Shown: in pieces, positions 43,099 to 52,188 of the stretch | How the letters are laid out: each line of letters begins with the position of its first letter | Position numbering within the stretch: position 1 is the first letter of the stretch | IMG/VR virus record: IMGVR_UViG_3300036790_000300 | Location: 1 to 56,344 of that record | Direction: 5' to 3' (one strand) | Length of the DNA: 56,344 nucleotides | Source: a virus | Taxonomy: Duplodnaviria > Caudoviricetes | Notes under the pieces: generated by a model | The model's input: the letters and a program-made list of their open reading frames with translations, nothing else | The model's database searches: none | Told to the model about the DNA's origin: nothing | Position numbers and translations under genes: made by a program

Positions 43099-45023
43099 TA
43101 TTTGGTAGCACCTGTCTCTACATCGAACCACTGCTGGCCGTCATGCGAGCCGATGCGGTGCCCGTCGCCATTGGTGGCAGTGTGCGGGTAGCGCGCCAAC
43201 GCGCCAGCCTGCATCATCCTTGCCAGCAGCGGAGCGATCTTGATCCCAGCCTTGTCGGCAACCTGCTTCAGTCCGTCCGTGATCTTGATCCGGTCGGCGT
43301 AGGGGACTTTTGACAGGTCGGCGAGTTCTCCTGCCGGGGGACGAGTCAGCCATTCCCTGACCGCTGGAGATTCGGCAAGTTTGGCGATCATGGCCGGACC
43401 AAACGCAGCTCCAATCGTCGCGCCAGCACCCGCTCCGAGTTCGCCATGCAGCACCCCGCCGATCAGCGCGCCTATTCCGCCGCTGGTGAGGCGGGTGATC
43501 TGGAACTTGTTCAGCGAAGATTCCCCTTTGGCCCAGCGGTCGACAAGCTGCTCGCGGATCTCGCGGGTGTTCACTTCGGGCGCGTGGATCTGTTTTGCCT
43601 CTGGCTTGGGAGGGTTTGGTTTCACTACTTCCCGGAGCGGCTTTGGCTTGCCGAGCGCTTCTACCCCTTGGCGAAGGTTAGAGATGTGCTCCACCGTCTG
43701 AGGGATGGATGGGTCGAACGATCCGAGGAGTCTGACGCGGTTCGCCTGCTCCTCTTCCGCTGCATTCCCAGTGGCCTTTTCCAGCGTCACGTTCGCCGCG
43801 TCGGTCGGGTTGTACGGCCTGCCAAACGTCTGCTTCATGCGCCGCCAGTAGTTGCGCGCATCGGTTAGTTGCGCACCCTTTCCCTGCGAGTCGGCGATGC
43901 GCTGCATCTCGTCGCCGATGGACTCGTGGAGGGTGTCGAGGGCGTGGTACACGTCGCCGGGAAGAGTGCCCTTTGAGAGTTCCTTTCCGAGTTCCGAATA
44001 GTATCCCTGGAGGTCGCTGTAATCGAAGGACTCATCCTTGAATACGCGATCGGACATGTCTTTTAGAATCGCTGGTTTGGTGTTGCTGCCGGAAATCTTC
44101 TCGCTGGCGGCCTCGACAGCGCCGACCATCTTCTCTCCGTCCGCAGGGAAGTTGCTCAAGGCCTCATTCACGGTGTTGTACTTCTCGTTGCCGACCTTCA
44201 GCGCCTTGTTGCGCGCCGTCTCGATCTGCGCCTGCAGTTCACGGCCAGCGGTCTTTAGCTTCTCCTGCGTCGGCGCGATCTTGTCTTGCGCGCGCTTCGC
44301 CTCAGCGTTCTCCTGCTTCACGTCGGCAGTCTTTCCCGCATGCTCCGCGGTGGCTTCACGGTTGGACTTGATGGTGGCCTTTGCCTCCTTGCCGGCGTCC
44401 GCGGCAGTCTTTGTGACGCTGGACTTCACGGCACTCTCGCCCGCCCCAACCGCCGTCTGAGATCCTTTGCGCACGGTCTCCTTCAGTGAGCGGGTCATGG
44501 GCCCAACGAACCTGCCGGCAATCTCCGGCGCGGCGTATGTGGTGATACCTTCGGCGGCAGCGCCGGCGGCTTCCGGGGAGGCCAACTCGGTTCCGCCTTG
44601 CTCGGCCTTTTGCACCATTCCGCCCACGACAGGGGCCTGCTCTAACCCCGCGAGAGCGGCAGCAGTCACTCGCTGGCCCATGGGCGCGGCGGCATTGTCG
44701 CGGTATTCCTGACGGACAGCTTTTACCGTATCCGCTCCCTGCTTCGCCAGTCCAGTAACCGTATCAATCGGGTGCCTGACGGTATCGACCGCTCCCACCA
44801 CGTCGTTCTTCAGCCCTCGCCCGACACCGCGCGCGATCTCGCTGCCGTAGTTGCCCAGGGTGCGCGCTTCCGGCTGCAAGCGTGGAGACTCCGCCGGCGT
44901 CGACAGCTTTTCCATGATCGCGCGCTTTACTTCGGGAGAGAGGCGCCCGAGGATGGCGCGCTGCCGATCTTCAGGAAGACCTTTCAGCGCCTGGATTGCC
45001 TGATCTGGCGACAGGTCGGGCAT
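43098..45023 (-). CDS. Internal virion/DNA ejection protein
   Basis: ~641 aa Ala/Gly-rich helical protein with a GxxxG hydrophobic hairpin; position after tail genes. Confidence 0.55.
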   Translation of the reverse strand: MPDLSPDQAIQALKGLPEDRQRAILGRLSPEVKRAIMEKLSTPAESPRLQPEARTLGNYGSEIARGVGRGLKNDVVGAVDTVRHPIDTVTGLAKQGADTVKAVRQEYRDNAAAPMGQRVTAAALAGLEQAPVVGGMVQKAEQGGTELASPEAAGAAAEGITTYAAPEIAGRFVGPMTRSLKETVRKGSQTAVGAGESAVKSSVTKTAADAGKEAKATIKSNREATAEHAGKTADVKQENAEAKRAQDKIAPTQEKLKTAGRELQAQIETARNKALKVGNEKYNTVNEALSNFPADGEKMVGAVEAASEKISGSNTKPAILKDMSDRVFKDESFDYSDLQGYYSELGKELSKGTLPGDVYHALDTLHESIGDEMQRIADSQGKGAQLTDARNYWRRMKQTFGRPYNPTDAANVTLEKATGNAAEEEQANRVRLLGSFDPSIPQTVEHISNLRQGVEALGKPKPLREVVKPNPPKPEAKQIHAPEVNTREIREQLVDRWAKGESSLNKFQITRLTSGGIGALIGGVLHGELGAGAGATIGAAFGPAMIAKLAESPAVREWLTRPPAGELADLSKVPYADRIKITDGLKQVADKAGIKIAPLLARMMQAGALARYPHTATNGDGHRIGSHDGQQWFDVETGATK

Positions 45024-46360
45024 CAGTGCCCTCCGCTGAGAGCCTTGACGATGGCGTCGTCGGATAGCCCACCCTGCTGCTTGCTGCGGGTATCTCCGAG
45101 GGCGTTCGCCTTCGGTCCGGCGCTGCTGGACTGAAGCGTCTTCATTTTCGCGTCGATGGCATCCTGCGCGGCCTTCGCGATCTGCTTGCGCTGTTCGTCG
45201 CTGAACCACGTGCCCGTCGTAGCGTGATGCAACTTCGCCTGCCAGCTATTCAGCCAGCTTTGCGATCCCTGAAGGATGTCCTGCTGCACCTTTGTCATCC
45301 GGAAGCCTGTAGATGGCTGCGTGGCGGTGAAGAACTCGTGCTGCAACGCGAGATCACCCGGGCCGTCAAACACGCCGTTGTCCAGATAGGTCTTAATGTT
45401 CAAGTTCGCGGCGTCCAGCGGCGCTATCTGCTTGGCGAAGTACCCGGACTTGTGCATCCCGCCAGGAGCCTCTTTCTGCTCCCCGGTCTTCGAATTGAAG
45501 AGGACGGGATTTCCGTTACCGTCTTCCGCGACACTCCACGTGCCCTGATTGGCTTGCCCGGCAAGGGTATGGGCCAGTCTCTCCTGCGACTGGTTGATGC
45601 GCTCCTGGGCCTCTTTATCTTTCTGGTCGAGGCGCGCCTGCTTGCCTGCCTGGATCGCCTGAATGGTAGACCATATCTGCTTCGCCTGCGGAGGGGCGTC
45701 ACCATTGGGTCCGAGTTGCTGCGGGAGATACTGCTTCCCGGTGTCTTCATCCTGCACGCCCAGCGCCATCCCGCCCTGCTCCATGGCCTTGAAGCCCTTC
45801 GTAACCTTCGGCGGCTTGTTCTTGTTTTTCTCGTCTTCGAGGGCTCGCGCGGCTTCTGCTTTCTGTGTTTCTAGCGCCTTCGCGTCCGCAGCCTTTTTCG
45901 CTTCGAGCATCGCCCCGGAAGTTTGCCCGAACGGAACAGATCCCTGAGCGATGGATTGCGCTTGCGACTCATCCTGCTTCGCACCGGAGGCCTGCTGCGC
46001 TTTTTCCTTGTCCTGCCGGTTTTTCAGAGTGGTCAGGTGCAGTTTGTCGGTGATGCCGCGTTCGAAGAAGTTGCCCTGTGGATTCTCATCCGGATGGATC
46101 ATTTGGCGCACTTCTGCCAGGTTCCTTGCGATGTCGTGCGTGATCGCCGCCTGCTCGTGTGGGTCGGTCGTCGCTGACAGCTTTTGCTGGAGGCCTTTGA
46201 TCGCTACCGCGTGCGGAAATACCTTAGCCCGCAATTCGTCCTGCTTCGCTTTACGCGCGGCATCATTCTGCGCTTCGAGTTTCTGGGCAACTTGGGTATT
46301 GCCTGCCTGCTCGTTAATCCCAGCAAGCGCCCCGCGAACGATTCCAGCAAAGCCACCCAT
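45023..46360 (-). CDS. Internal virion/DNA ejection protein
   Basis: 445 aa Q/A/K-rich helical protein starting MGGFAGIVRGALAG. Confidence 0.55.
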   Translation of the reverse strand: MGGFAGIVRGALAGINEQAGNTQVAQKLEAQNDAARKAKQDELRAKVFPHAVAIKGLQQKLSATTDPHEQAAITHDIARNLAEVRQMIHPDENPQGNFFERGITDKLHLTTLKNRQDKEKAQQASGAKQDESQAQSIAQGSVPFGQTSGAMLEAKKAADAKALETQKAEAARALEDEKNKNKPPKVTKGFKAMEQGGMALGVQDEDTGKQYLPQQLGPNGDAPPQAKQIWSTIQAIQAGKQARLDQKDKEAQERINQSQERLAHTLAGQANQGTWSVAEDGNGNPVLFNSKTGEQKEAPGGMHKSGYFAKQIAPLDAANLNIKTYLDNGVFDGPGDLALQHEFFTATQPSTGFRMTKVQQDILQGSQSWLNSWQAKLHHATTGTWFSDEQRKQIAKAAQDAIDAKMKTLQSSSAGPKANALGDTRSKQQGGLSDDAIVKALSGGH

Positions 46361-46361
46361 A

Positions 46362-46901
46362 TTACGCTCCGCTCAGCATGTTGCTGAGGACGTCCCCAGC
46401 CCCACCGGGATTACCGGGGAGGCCTCCAACGACACCTCCAGCGGTTGATGCGATGCTGCTGATAAGGTCGCTCCACTGCGAAGCCTTTTGGCCCTGAATA
46501 GTCTTCGCTTCACCGAATCCAGCCTCTTCTCCCTGCACTCCGGTACTCAAGAGACTCGATCCCGTCGAGGCAAGCTCGCTGGCCGCGCCAGTCTGCGTCT
46601 TGCCCATCAAGTTGATGATGTCGCCGCGAGCAGTGGAGTTCGCAGCCTCGCCAGCCGCCGCTGTGCCGCCGGAGCGCGTGCCAAATTCCGCTCTGGTCTT
46701 GTTGGCCTCACCTACTTGCTTCTGGCTGGCCGAGACTTCCGGCGCCAGCGCCTTCATCGGGTCGCTCAGCAGGTTGGAAAAGAAGGTGGACGACTGGGTC
46801 AGGTTGTTCTGCCCCAGCCCGGTAGCGAACTGGCTGGATGAATTGAGGAGGTTGTACTGTCCGTTTTCCTGACTGGACGGACCCATGTCGATTCCGAACA
46901 C
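46362..46901 (-). CDS. Small DNA ejection (pilot) protein, P22 gp7-like position
   Basis: 179 aa G/S/A-rich, first of three ejection-type genes. Confidence 0.5.
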   Translation of the reverse strand: MFGIDMGPSSQENGQYNLLNSSSQFATGLGQNNLTQSSTFFSNLLSDPMKALAPEVSASQKQVGEANKTRAEFGTRSGGTAAAGEAANSTARGDIINLMGKTQTGAASELASTGSSLLSTGVQGEEAGFGEAKTIQGQKASQWSDLISSIASTAGGVVGGLPGNPGGAGDVLSNMLSGA

Positions 46902-46910
46902 TGTTTCCTC

Positions 46911-47750
46911 CTACGTTGCGGGCGTCTGCGCCGTCAAGATGCCGCCAACGAACGTCATTGATCCCTGCGTCCCCGTAACTGTGAGGGCCGCCGTGGTTAT
47001 TGTGACTGAAATACCTGCCGTAGTCGATGCCGAAAACGCCCCGGTTGTAGCGTCATAGCCCGTCAAGTACTCGCCAGTCACGGGTGCTTTGGTGGCCGGA
47101 AGCGTTGGCGTGCCTGAAATATCCGAGTAGGCTGGCTGCGCAGCGGTGAATGCTCCGGTTGCGGCGTTGTAGGCAGTCAGGAACTCGTGGGTCACCGCTG
47201 TGAAGGATGTTGGAACCACTGGCAGCGTCTCGGCCCACCAGTTTGTCCCGTCGAAAACGATCATCGCGGAGTAGCCCTGCTTCAGCGTCAGGTTCGCCGC
47301 GGCGAGGTTGCCGATGGACGATATGGTCCCGCTGGCCGGGGTGAGCGTTACCAATCCAGCACCCCAGTTGACCGCAAATAGCAGGAAGGGAACTGTCAAT
47401 TTGGTCAGGCTGACAGCCACCGCTGAAGCGTCCGAGAGGATTAACAGTGCGCCGTCATCGCTCTGCAGCGTCGCATACGATGTGGCTCCGGTCTGGTTGT
47501 TGACCGTCCCGAATCCGATCCACTGGCTCGGCGCAATTTCCTCCGTCGTCACGTTCTCGGTGACCGTGGTGGCGGAAGCTGCGTTCTGCTGTGCCGCGGT
47601 GATTTGGCTCTTCAGCTCAACAATGGACGAGTTCAGGTCGGTGATCGACTTGTCGTTGGCGCGGATCGCCTCTCGCACGCTGGAATGCGCCGCATTCGCA
47701 GGGATGACGTGGGTCTTTCGAAAGGACGGGGTTAGTGGGTTGCTGCTCAC
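46911..47750 (-). CDS. Minor tail/fibre protein
   Basis: Short coiled coil, NNQTGATSY motif, tandem repeat (EFLTAYNAATGAFTA / EYLTGYDATTGAFSA). Confidence 0.55.
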   Translation of the reverse strand: MSSNPLTPSFRKTHVIPANAAHSSVREAIRANDKSITDLNSSIVELKSQITAAQQNAASATTVTENVTTEEIAPSQWIGFGTVNNQTGATSYATLQSDDGALLILSDASAVAVSLTKLTVPFLLFAVNWGAGLVTLTPASGTISSIGNLAAANLTLKQGYSAMIVFDGTNWWAETLPVVPTSFTAVTHEFLTAYNAATGAFTAAQPAYSDISGTPTLPATKAPVTGEYLTGYDATTGAFSASTTAGISVTITTAALTVTGTQGSMTFVGGILTAQTPAT

Positions 47751-47917
47751 TTGACCACCTTCCCCGGATTCTTCTTGGCCCACGTAGTGCAGTCAGCGCA
47801 CAGCGGAATCTTCCGCAGGTGATCCTCGCCCGTCGCCTGCGTGTGGATCGGATGAGGGCCTACGGACACGGTTCCACACCGCTTGCAGCGCCGGGATGTG
47901 ATCGATCCGTACTTCAT
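47747..47917 (-). CDS. Small Zn-finger-like protein (56 aa)
   Basis: CKRC...CADC; ATGA and GTGA coupled to its neighbours. Confidence 0.45.
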   Translation of the reverse strand: MKYGSITSRRCKRCGTVSVGPHPIHTQATGEDHLRKIPLCADCTTWAKKNPGKVVK

Positions 47918-50900
47918 CCTTCACTTCCAAGTCCGCCAGATGGCGCAAACGGCTGCACCGGCCTGTACGCCTGGCTAGATCCCCAATCCCTCGTGGTCAG
48001 GGCCAGACCATCCAGATTCACCACCAGGCCGTCATCCAGGCCGGAAGTGAAGCCAACCTGCAACAGTTTCCACTTATTCGGCGTCACCGGGTACCACATC
48101 TTCGTCAGCACTCCCCCGGTCGATTCAAGCGCTATTGTCTGCGGTGCGTAGCTGCCGTTCTCCGCGTCCGCCACCGCAAAGTACACCGAGGCATCACCGT
48201 CAAGCCGATATTCCACAGTGATCCCGCGCGCGTGCTGATATCCCACTCCACCCACAGCGCCGGTGGCAAGATTCATCGTTCCCGACCCGCCGGCCGCAGA
48301 GGTGAATTCCCGGGCGGTGAATCCGGAACCAATCAGCACCCCTTGGACGCCGAATCCAGCATTGGACGAGTGCGTGCGCGCACCTGCCGCCAATTCGCTG
48401 TAGTTGTCGAATATCCACGCCATCGCTTCAATGTCGAAGACGAGGGTATACAGCTTTGCGTCCGTCCCCAGGTAGTCGTAATAGAGCCACTGACTCTCGA
48501 TGTTGAACTGCTGCAACTGCGGCGCGTTGGCGTCGTCTGGCGGGTAGATCGTTACCCCGTTTCTGACCACCGGGCCAGGCGTTGAGCCCTCGTGCGGGAA
48601 GAGCGGATACAGCGTCTCATCGGTGATGGACTTCGACCCTGCGCCGACGACTGACACGATAATGCCGTCCTGCACGCGCGTGAATGTCTTGCCGCCGCCT
48701 TCCACGGCTACGCACCGCGGCATGTAGATTCCGCGCGGGATCTCCGTCGCCTGCGAACTGAAGGTGTTGCCTATGGTCCCTGTTGCTGTCGCCAAGGCGT
48801 TGAAGTAGTTGGGCTCGATGATCCATTGCCGACTGATCGAACCAATCATTGCCAGACCGCCGGTCATCGCGCCGTTGACCAGCGGCTCCCCGGGATCGGT
48901 CAGGTCCGCCTGATTCGTGTCCGGAGCGGCGTCCAGGTTCTCACCCTTGCACCAGTAGTACGTTCCCGGCCGGAGCGGATCGCCTACCGCCAACTCGAAG
49001 TTGATGTTGTCAGTCGGCCCAAAGGTATACGGAAGCGGCTGCGCGGCCAAGATCGGCTCTGGGATGTTGTAGACCAGATTGTCTCCCGCCTGCACGCCGG
49101 GTAGCACGATCGTATTTACGTCCGTCGGTCTTGAGATGAGCGTGTATGCGAGCTGCGGCGGCGCGGGGTTCTGCGCTGGCAATCCGATTTCGATCACCGT
49201 TCCCGGCAGCCAGCGAACGTTGAACGGATCACCGCTGACTCGCGTGACCACTCCTCCGGTCACCGAGACGATTCCAGACTTGGGGGTGTCGATCGAAGGG
49301 AACGGCTCGAAGTTGTCGAAATCTACGGTTGGGTTGTTCGCCGCGGCCGACGAGAGCAGATTGTCCTCGATCGGCGTGTTTTGCCCCGTCCCTGCTCCCT
49401 GATCGTTCGGCCCGGTCCCGATGAGCGTCAGGTTGGCGAGCTCAGAATCCTGGCGGTAGTAGTCGACTTTGTCGATCTGAGGGTCCGGAGACCAGTCTGA
49501 TCCAACCACGCTGCCCGTTGACGGAGTGGTGATTGGAGCAGAGGCAGGGCTGGGGTTCGATTCCGCTCCCGTCAGCGAGGAGCGGAAAACGTAAACATAG
49601 GACCGGTCAGTCGTCGCGGTGGCGGTGATTGGCGGAATGATTGCCGGCGCCCCGCCGGGGACAGGTGATCCCTGAAGGAGGAGAATTCTTCCCGAGTGGA
49701 ACCAGTAGTCGTAATCGATCTCGATCGGCACGACGCCGGTAGCTGGGAAATGAATGGTCAGCACCGACTGCGTGCACTGCCCGCCCTCGTTATAAAACGA
49801 CCCCCCGGGAGCCTGTAGCGGGGCTACTGGAATCAGGGGCAGCCCGCTGATCACGCTCTCTGTCTGGCCGAATGTCGAGATGTCCGCGAGGGTCAAAGCT
49901 CTCGTGTGATCAATGTTGCTTTCGTTGCTTCCGTACCAGTTTCCTGTACCGGAGACGAAGGACGCTCCTCCGCCAAGTCCAAGAAGGCAGTTGTCCTTGT
50001 TCGTCAGCACCAGTGTGTAGTTTCCCGGCTGCGGCACGAAGAGGAAGCCAGTCACGCAGAAGTTAAAGTTCTGATAAGCCGTGTTGCCGTCGACCCCTTT
50101 CAGCGCAGGAGAAAAGACTGGGATGGTTCCGGTAATGTTTCCGTTCTCGTCAAGCTGGCTCCACTGCATTGCCGCCTGGGTTGGGTCGGAGCTGTTGGTG
50201 ATGTCAATGCTCGGCAGAACTGGCTGGCCCGCAGTGATCGTCGCGTCAAAGATGAACGAGTTCCCAGTTGTCTGCCCTGCCGCGGTGGATGCGGTGCGCG
50301 TCGGTCCGGACCCGAGATCGTTCGGGTTCTTCCAGATGTACTCGCCAACTGATCCGCTCACCGGTGAGTCGCCAAAGTAGTCGATGGTCAACTGGCCAAG
50401 GATGGAGAGAGCCGTCGCAATGTTGCTGGTGGTGATCTTGTAGGAAAGATCGAACGACCCCGTATTGGTGCCGATCGTTGCGTCCGGTGTATTGATGCCG
50501 AACTGGAGCTGCGTCGCGCCTTCGGGAACGGTCAGCGCCAGGCCGATCGATCCGATACCGAAGATTTCGCCTTCGGACGGACTGGCAGAGGGAGATTGAA
50601 TATTTCCAGAACCGTCGGTGAACGCACACATCAGCAGCGGGGAAGTCGCCGCGCCGGTGGATGGGAAGACCCACCAGCCAGGGTTGACGTTCACTGTGTT
50701 CGTTACGGAGGCGTTGAAGCTGTGCGGAGTGCCACCGACAACGACGGTCCCCGTCACAGCGGTGATGGTCACCGTCTGCCCCTGCTGCACAGGGATCGAG
50801 GTCATGGCGGATTGCAACTGTGTCGCGCCGAATGGCCAGCTCGTGTTGATTCCGCCGACGTTGGTGTAGGGCTCCTGCGTGCCGTCGACAGTCAGGGAGC

Positions 50901-51435
50901 CGGTGGTCGTGCTCGAAGCCGTGGAGACCGTGGGCGCGTCCTGCGGCTCCTTCACGCCGATCTTGTAGATCAGGCCGTCTGATCTGACTTTGACCATCCC
51001 TGAGCACTGGAAGGTCGTCGGGGTGCTGTCGATCGCGTATTTGGTGTGGATGGTGACATTGCCGTCAGGACTTGCATCCGCAACGTACTCCCATCCCTGC
51101 ACCGAGGCATTGGGACGGAAGGTCACCATCGCCTTTGGGAAGTGCGTCATGCCGGTGGCGATCGGAGTAAGCGTTCCGGAAGATCCGCAGTAGAGGTTTC
51201 CGGCATCGTCCGAAATGACGTAGGTGTAGCCGGCCGGCGGCCCTTGCGGGGTCGAGTCGTTCAGCCGGCGGATGGTGTTGATGTTGCCGCCATTGACCGA
51301 AAATATAGGCGCAGAGGCGTAGTTGCGGGCCTGAAACGAACCTCTCGCATAGGCGCGAACGTTCTCGCACACTGCGACGAATCCCGCCAATAAACGATTG
51401 ACGGGCCGGGTTAAATCAAGCCCTCTCAGGTTCAT
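47914..51435 (-). CDS. Tail nozzle/hub protein with inserted carbohydrate-binding-like domains
   Basis: 1173 aa beta-rich protein between adaptors and ejection genes; internal PA14-like segment (NFCVTGFLFVPQPGNYTLVLTNKD...PIEIDY). Confidence 0.6.
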   Translation of the reverse strand: MNLRGLDLTRPVNRLLAGFVAVCENVRAYARGSFQARNYASAPIFSVNGGNINTIRRLNDSTPQGPPAGYTYVISDDAGNLYCGSSGTLTPIATGMTHFPKAMVTFRPNASVQGWEYVADASPDGNVTIHTKYAIDSTPTTFQCSGMVKVRSDGLIYKIGVKEPQDAPTVSTASSTTTGSLTVDGTQEPYTNVGGINTSWPFGATQLQSAMTSIPVQQGQTVTITAVTGTVVVGGTPHSFNASVTNTVNVNPGWWVFPSTGAATSPLLMCAFTDGSGNIQSPSASPSEGEIFGIGSIGLALTVPEGATQLQFGINTPDATIGTNTGSFDLSYKITTSNIATALSILGQLTIDYFGDSPVSGSVGEYIWKNPNDLGSGPTRTASTAAGQTTGNSFIFDATITAGQPVLPSIDITNSSDPTQAAMQWSQLDENGNITGTIPVFSPALKGVDGNTAYQNFNFCVTGFLFVPQPGNYTLVLTNKDNCLLGLGGGASFVSGTGNWYGSNESNIDHTRALTLADISTFGQTESVISGLPLIPVAPLQAPGGSFYNEGGQCTQSVLTIHFPATGVVPIEIDYDYWFHSGRILLLQGSPVPGGAPAIIPPITATATTDRSYVYVFRSSLTGAESNPSPASAPITTPSTGSVVGSDWSPDPQIDKVDYYRQDSELANLTLIGTGPNDQGAGTGQNTPIEDNLLSSAAANNPTVDFDNFEPFPSIDTPKSGIVSVTGGVVTRVSGDPFNVRWLPGTVIEIGLPAQNPAPPQLAYTLISRPTDVNTIVLPGVQAGDNLVYNIPEPILAAQPLPYTFGPTDNINFELAVGDPLRPGTYYWCKGENLDAAPDTNQADLTDPGEPLVNGAMTGGLAMIGSISRQWIIEPNYFNALATATGTIGNTFSSQATEIPRGIYMPRCVAVEGGGKTFTRVQDGIIVSVVGAGSKSITDETLYPLFPHEGSTPGPVVRNGVTIYPPDDANAPQLQQFNIESQWLYYDYLGTDAKLYTLVFDIEAMAWIFDNYSELAAGARTHSSNAGFGVQGVLIGSGFTAREFTSAAGGSGTMNLATGAVGGVGYQHARGITVEYRLDGDASVYFAVADAENGSYAPQTIALESTGGVLTKMWYPVTPNKWKLLQVGFTSGLDDGLVVNLDGLALTTRDWGSSQAYRPVQPFAPSGGLGSEG

Positions 51436-51438
51436 GGT

Positions 51439-51549
51439 TTACCGATAAAACTTCTTGCCGGCTGCCTTCTTCGTGCTCTTCTTGTGACCTGGAGACTTGT
51501 GACCTGCGCTTCCGCTGCGTACCTGCTTGCCGATTCCCTTTTTCCTCAT
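51439..51549 (-). CDS. Small Lys-rich basic peptide (36 aa)
   Basis: MRKKGIGKQVRSGSAGHKSPGHKKSTKKAAGKKFYR*; GAGGA RBS. Confidence 0.55.
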   Translation of the reverse strand: MRKKGIGKQVRSGSAGHKSPGHKKSTKKAAGKKFYR

Positions 51550-51557
51550 GTGTTTCC

Positions 51558-51827
51558 TCACTTTCCGTAACGTTTTGAACTGCGCTTCTTGCCTTCACGC
51601 TTGTGCTTCAGCGCGATCTTTTTCATGTTTTGAGCGAAGACGGCTTTCTTCTCCGCCTTGCCACCCTTCTTTTTCCCGGAATCGTCCCAGCTCTTGTAGA
51701 CCTTGTAATCCTTGATGCCCTCAGAGGCGATTGCCCCGTCCTTGCTATACATGCGCTTCTTTGCGCTAGCGAGGAGCGAGTCTATCTCCTTCTGCCTGTT
51801 TGCATACCCCTTCTCTTTTTGCGCCAT
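51558..51827 (-). CDS. Lys-rich basic protein (89 aa) ending KRYGK
   Basis: GAGGAG RBS before MAQKEKG. Confidence 0.6.
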   Translation of the reverse strand: MAQKEKGYANRQKEIDSLLASAKKRMYSKDGAIASEGIKDYKVYKSWDDSGKKKGGKAEKKAVFAQNMKKIALKHKREGKKRSSKRYGK

Positions 51828-51855
51828 AACCTTGCTCCTCGTGCTGGAATCACGT

Positions 51856-52035
51856 TCACTTCCCATAACGCTTCGCTGCCGTCTTGCGCTTCTTTGCTTT
51901 CGTGGAACGGTTGACCTTGTGGCATCCGTTGCCCTTGATGCAGACCTTATCGGCGTGCGTCTTGATCCCGTGAATATGGGTATAGGCACGGTCCTTTCGA
52001 TACGCCTCTTTGGATCTATAGGTCTCGACTGGCAT
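51856..52035 (-). CDS. Lys/Arg-rich basic protein (59 aa) ending KRYGK
   Basis: Hand translation MPVETYRSKEAYRKDRAYTHIHGIKTHADKVCIKGNGCHKVNRSTKAKKRKTAAKRYGK*. Confidence 0.55.
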   Translation of the reverse strand: MPVETYRSKEAYRKDRAYTHIHGIKTHADKVCIKGNGCHKVNRSTKAKKRKTAAKRYGK

Positions 52036-52038
52036 GGA

Positions 52039-52188
52039 TCACTTTTTCTTCTTTGGCGGCTCATGGCGCACGGGACTTCGCTTCACACCGCCGGAGTTCC
52101 CTTGGCCGAGTCGATTGAGAGCGCTCATTCTCTGCAATCCCTCGCGCTTCTGCTGATCCCACTTCTGCTTCCAATCATCGAGTTTCAT
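52039..52188 (-). CDS. Small basic protein (49 aa)
   Basis: MKLDDWKQK...PPKKKK; ATGA-coupled, AAGGAG RBS. Confidence 0.5.
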   Translation of the reverse strand: MKLDDWKQKWDQQKREGLQRMSALNRLGQGNSGGVKRSPVRHEPPKKKK

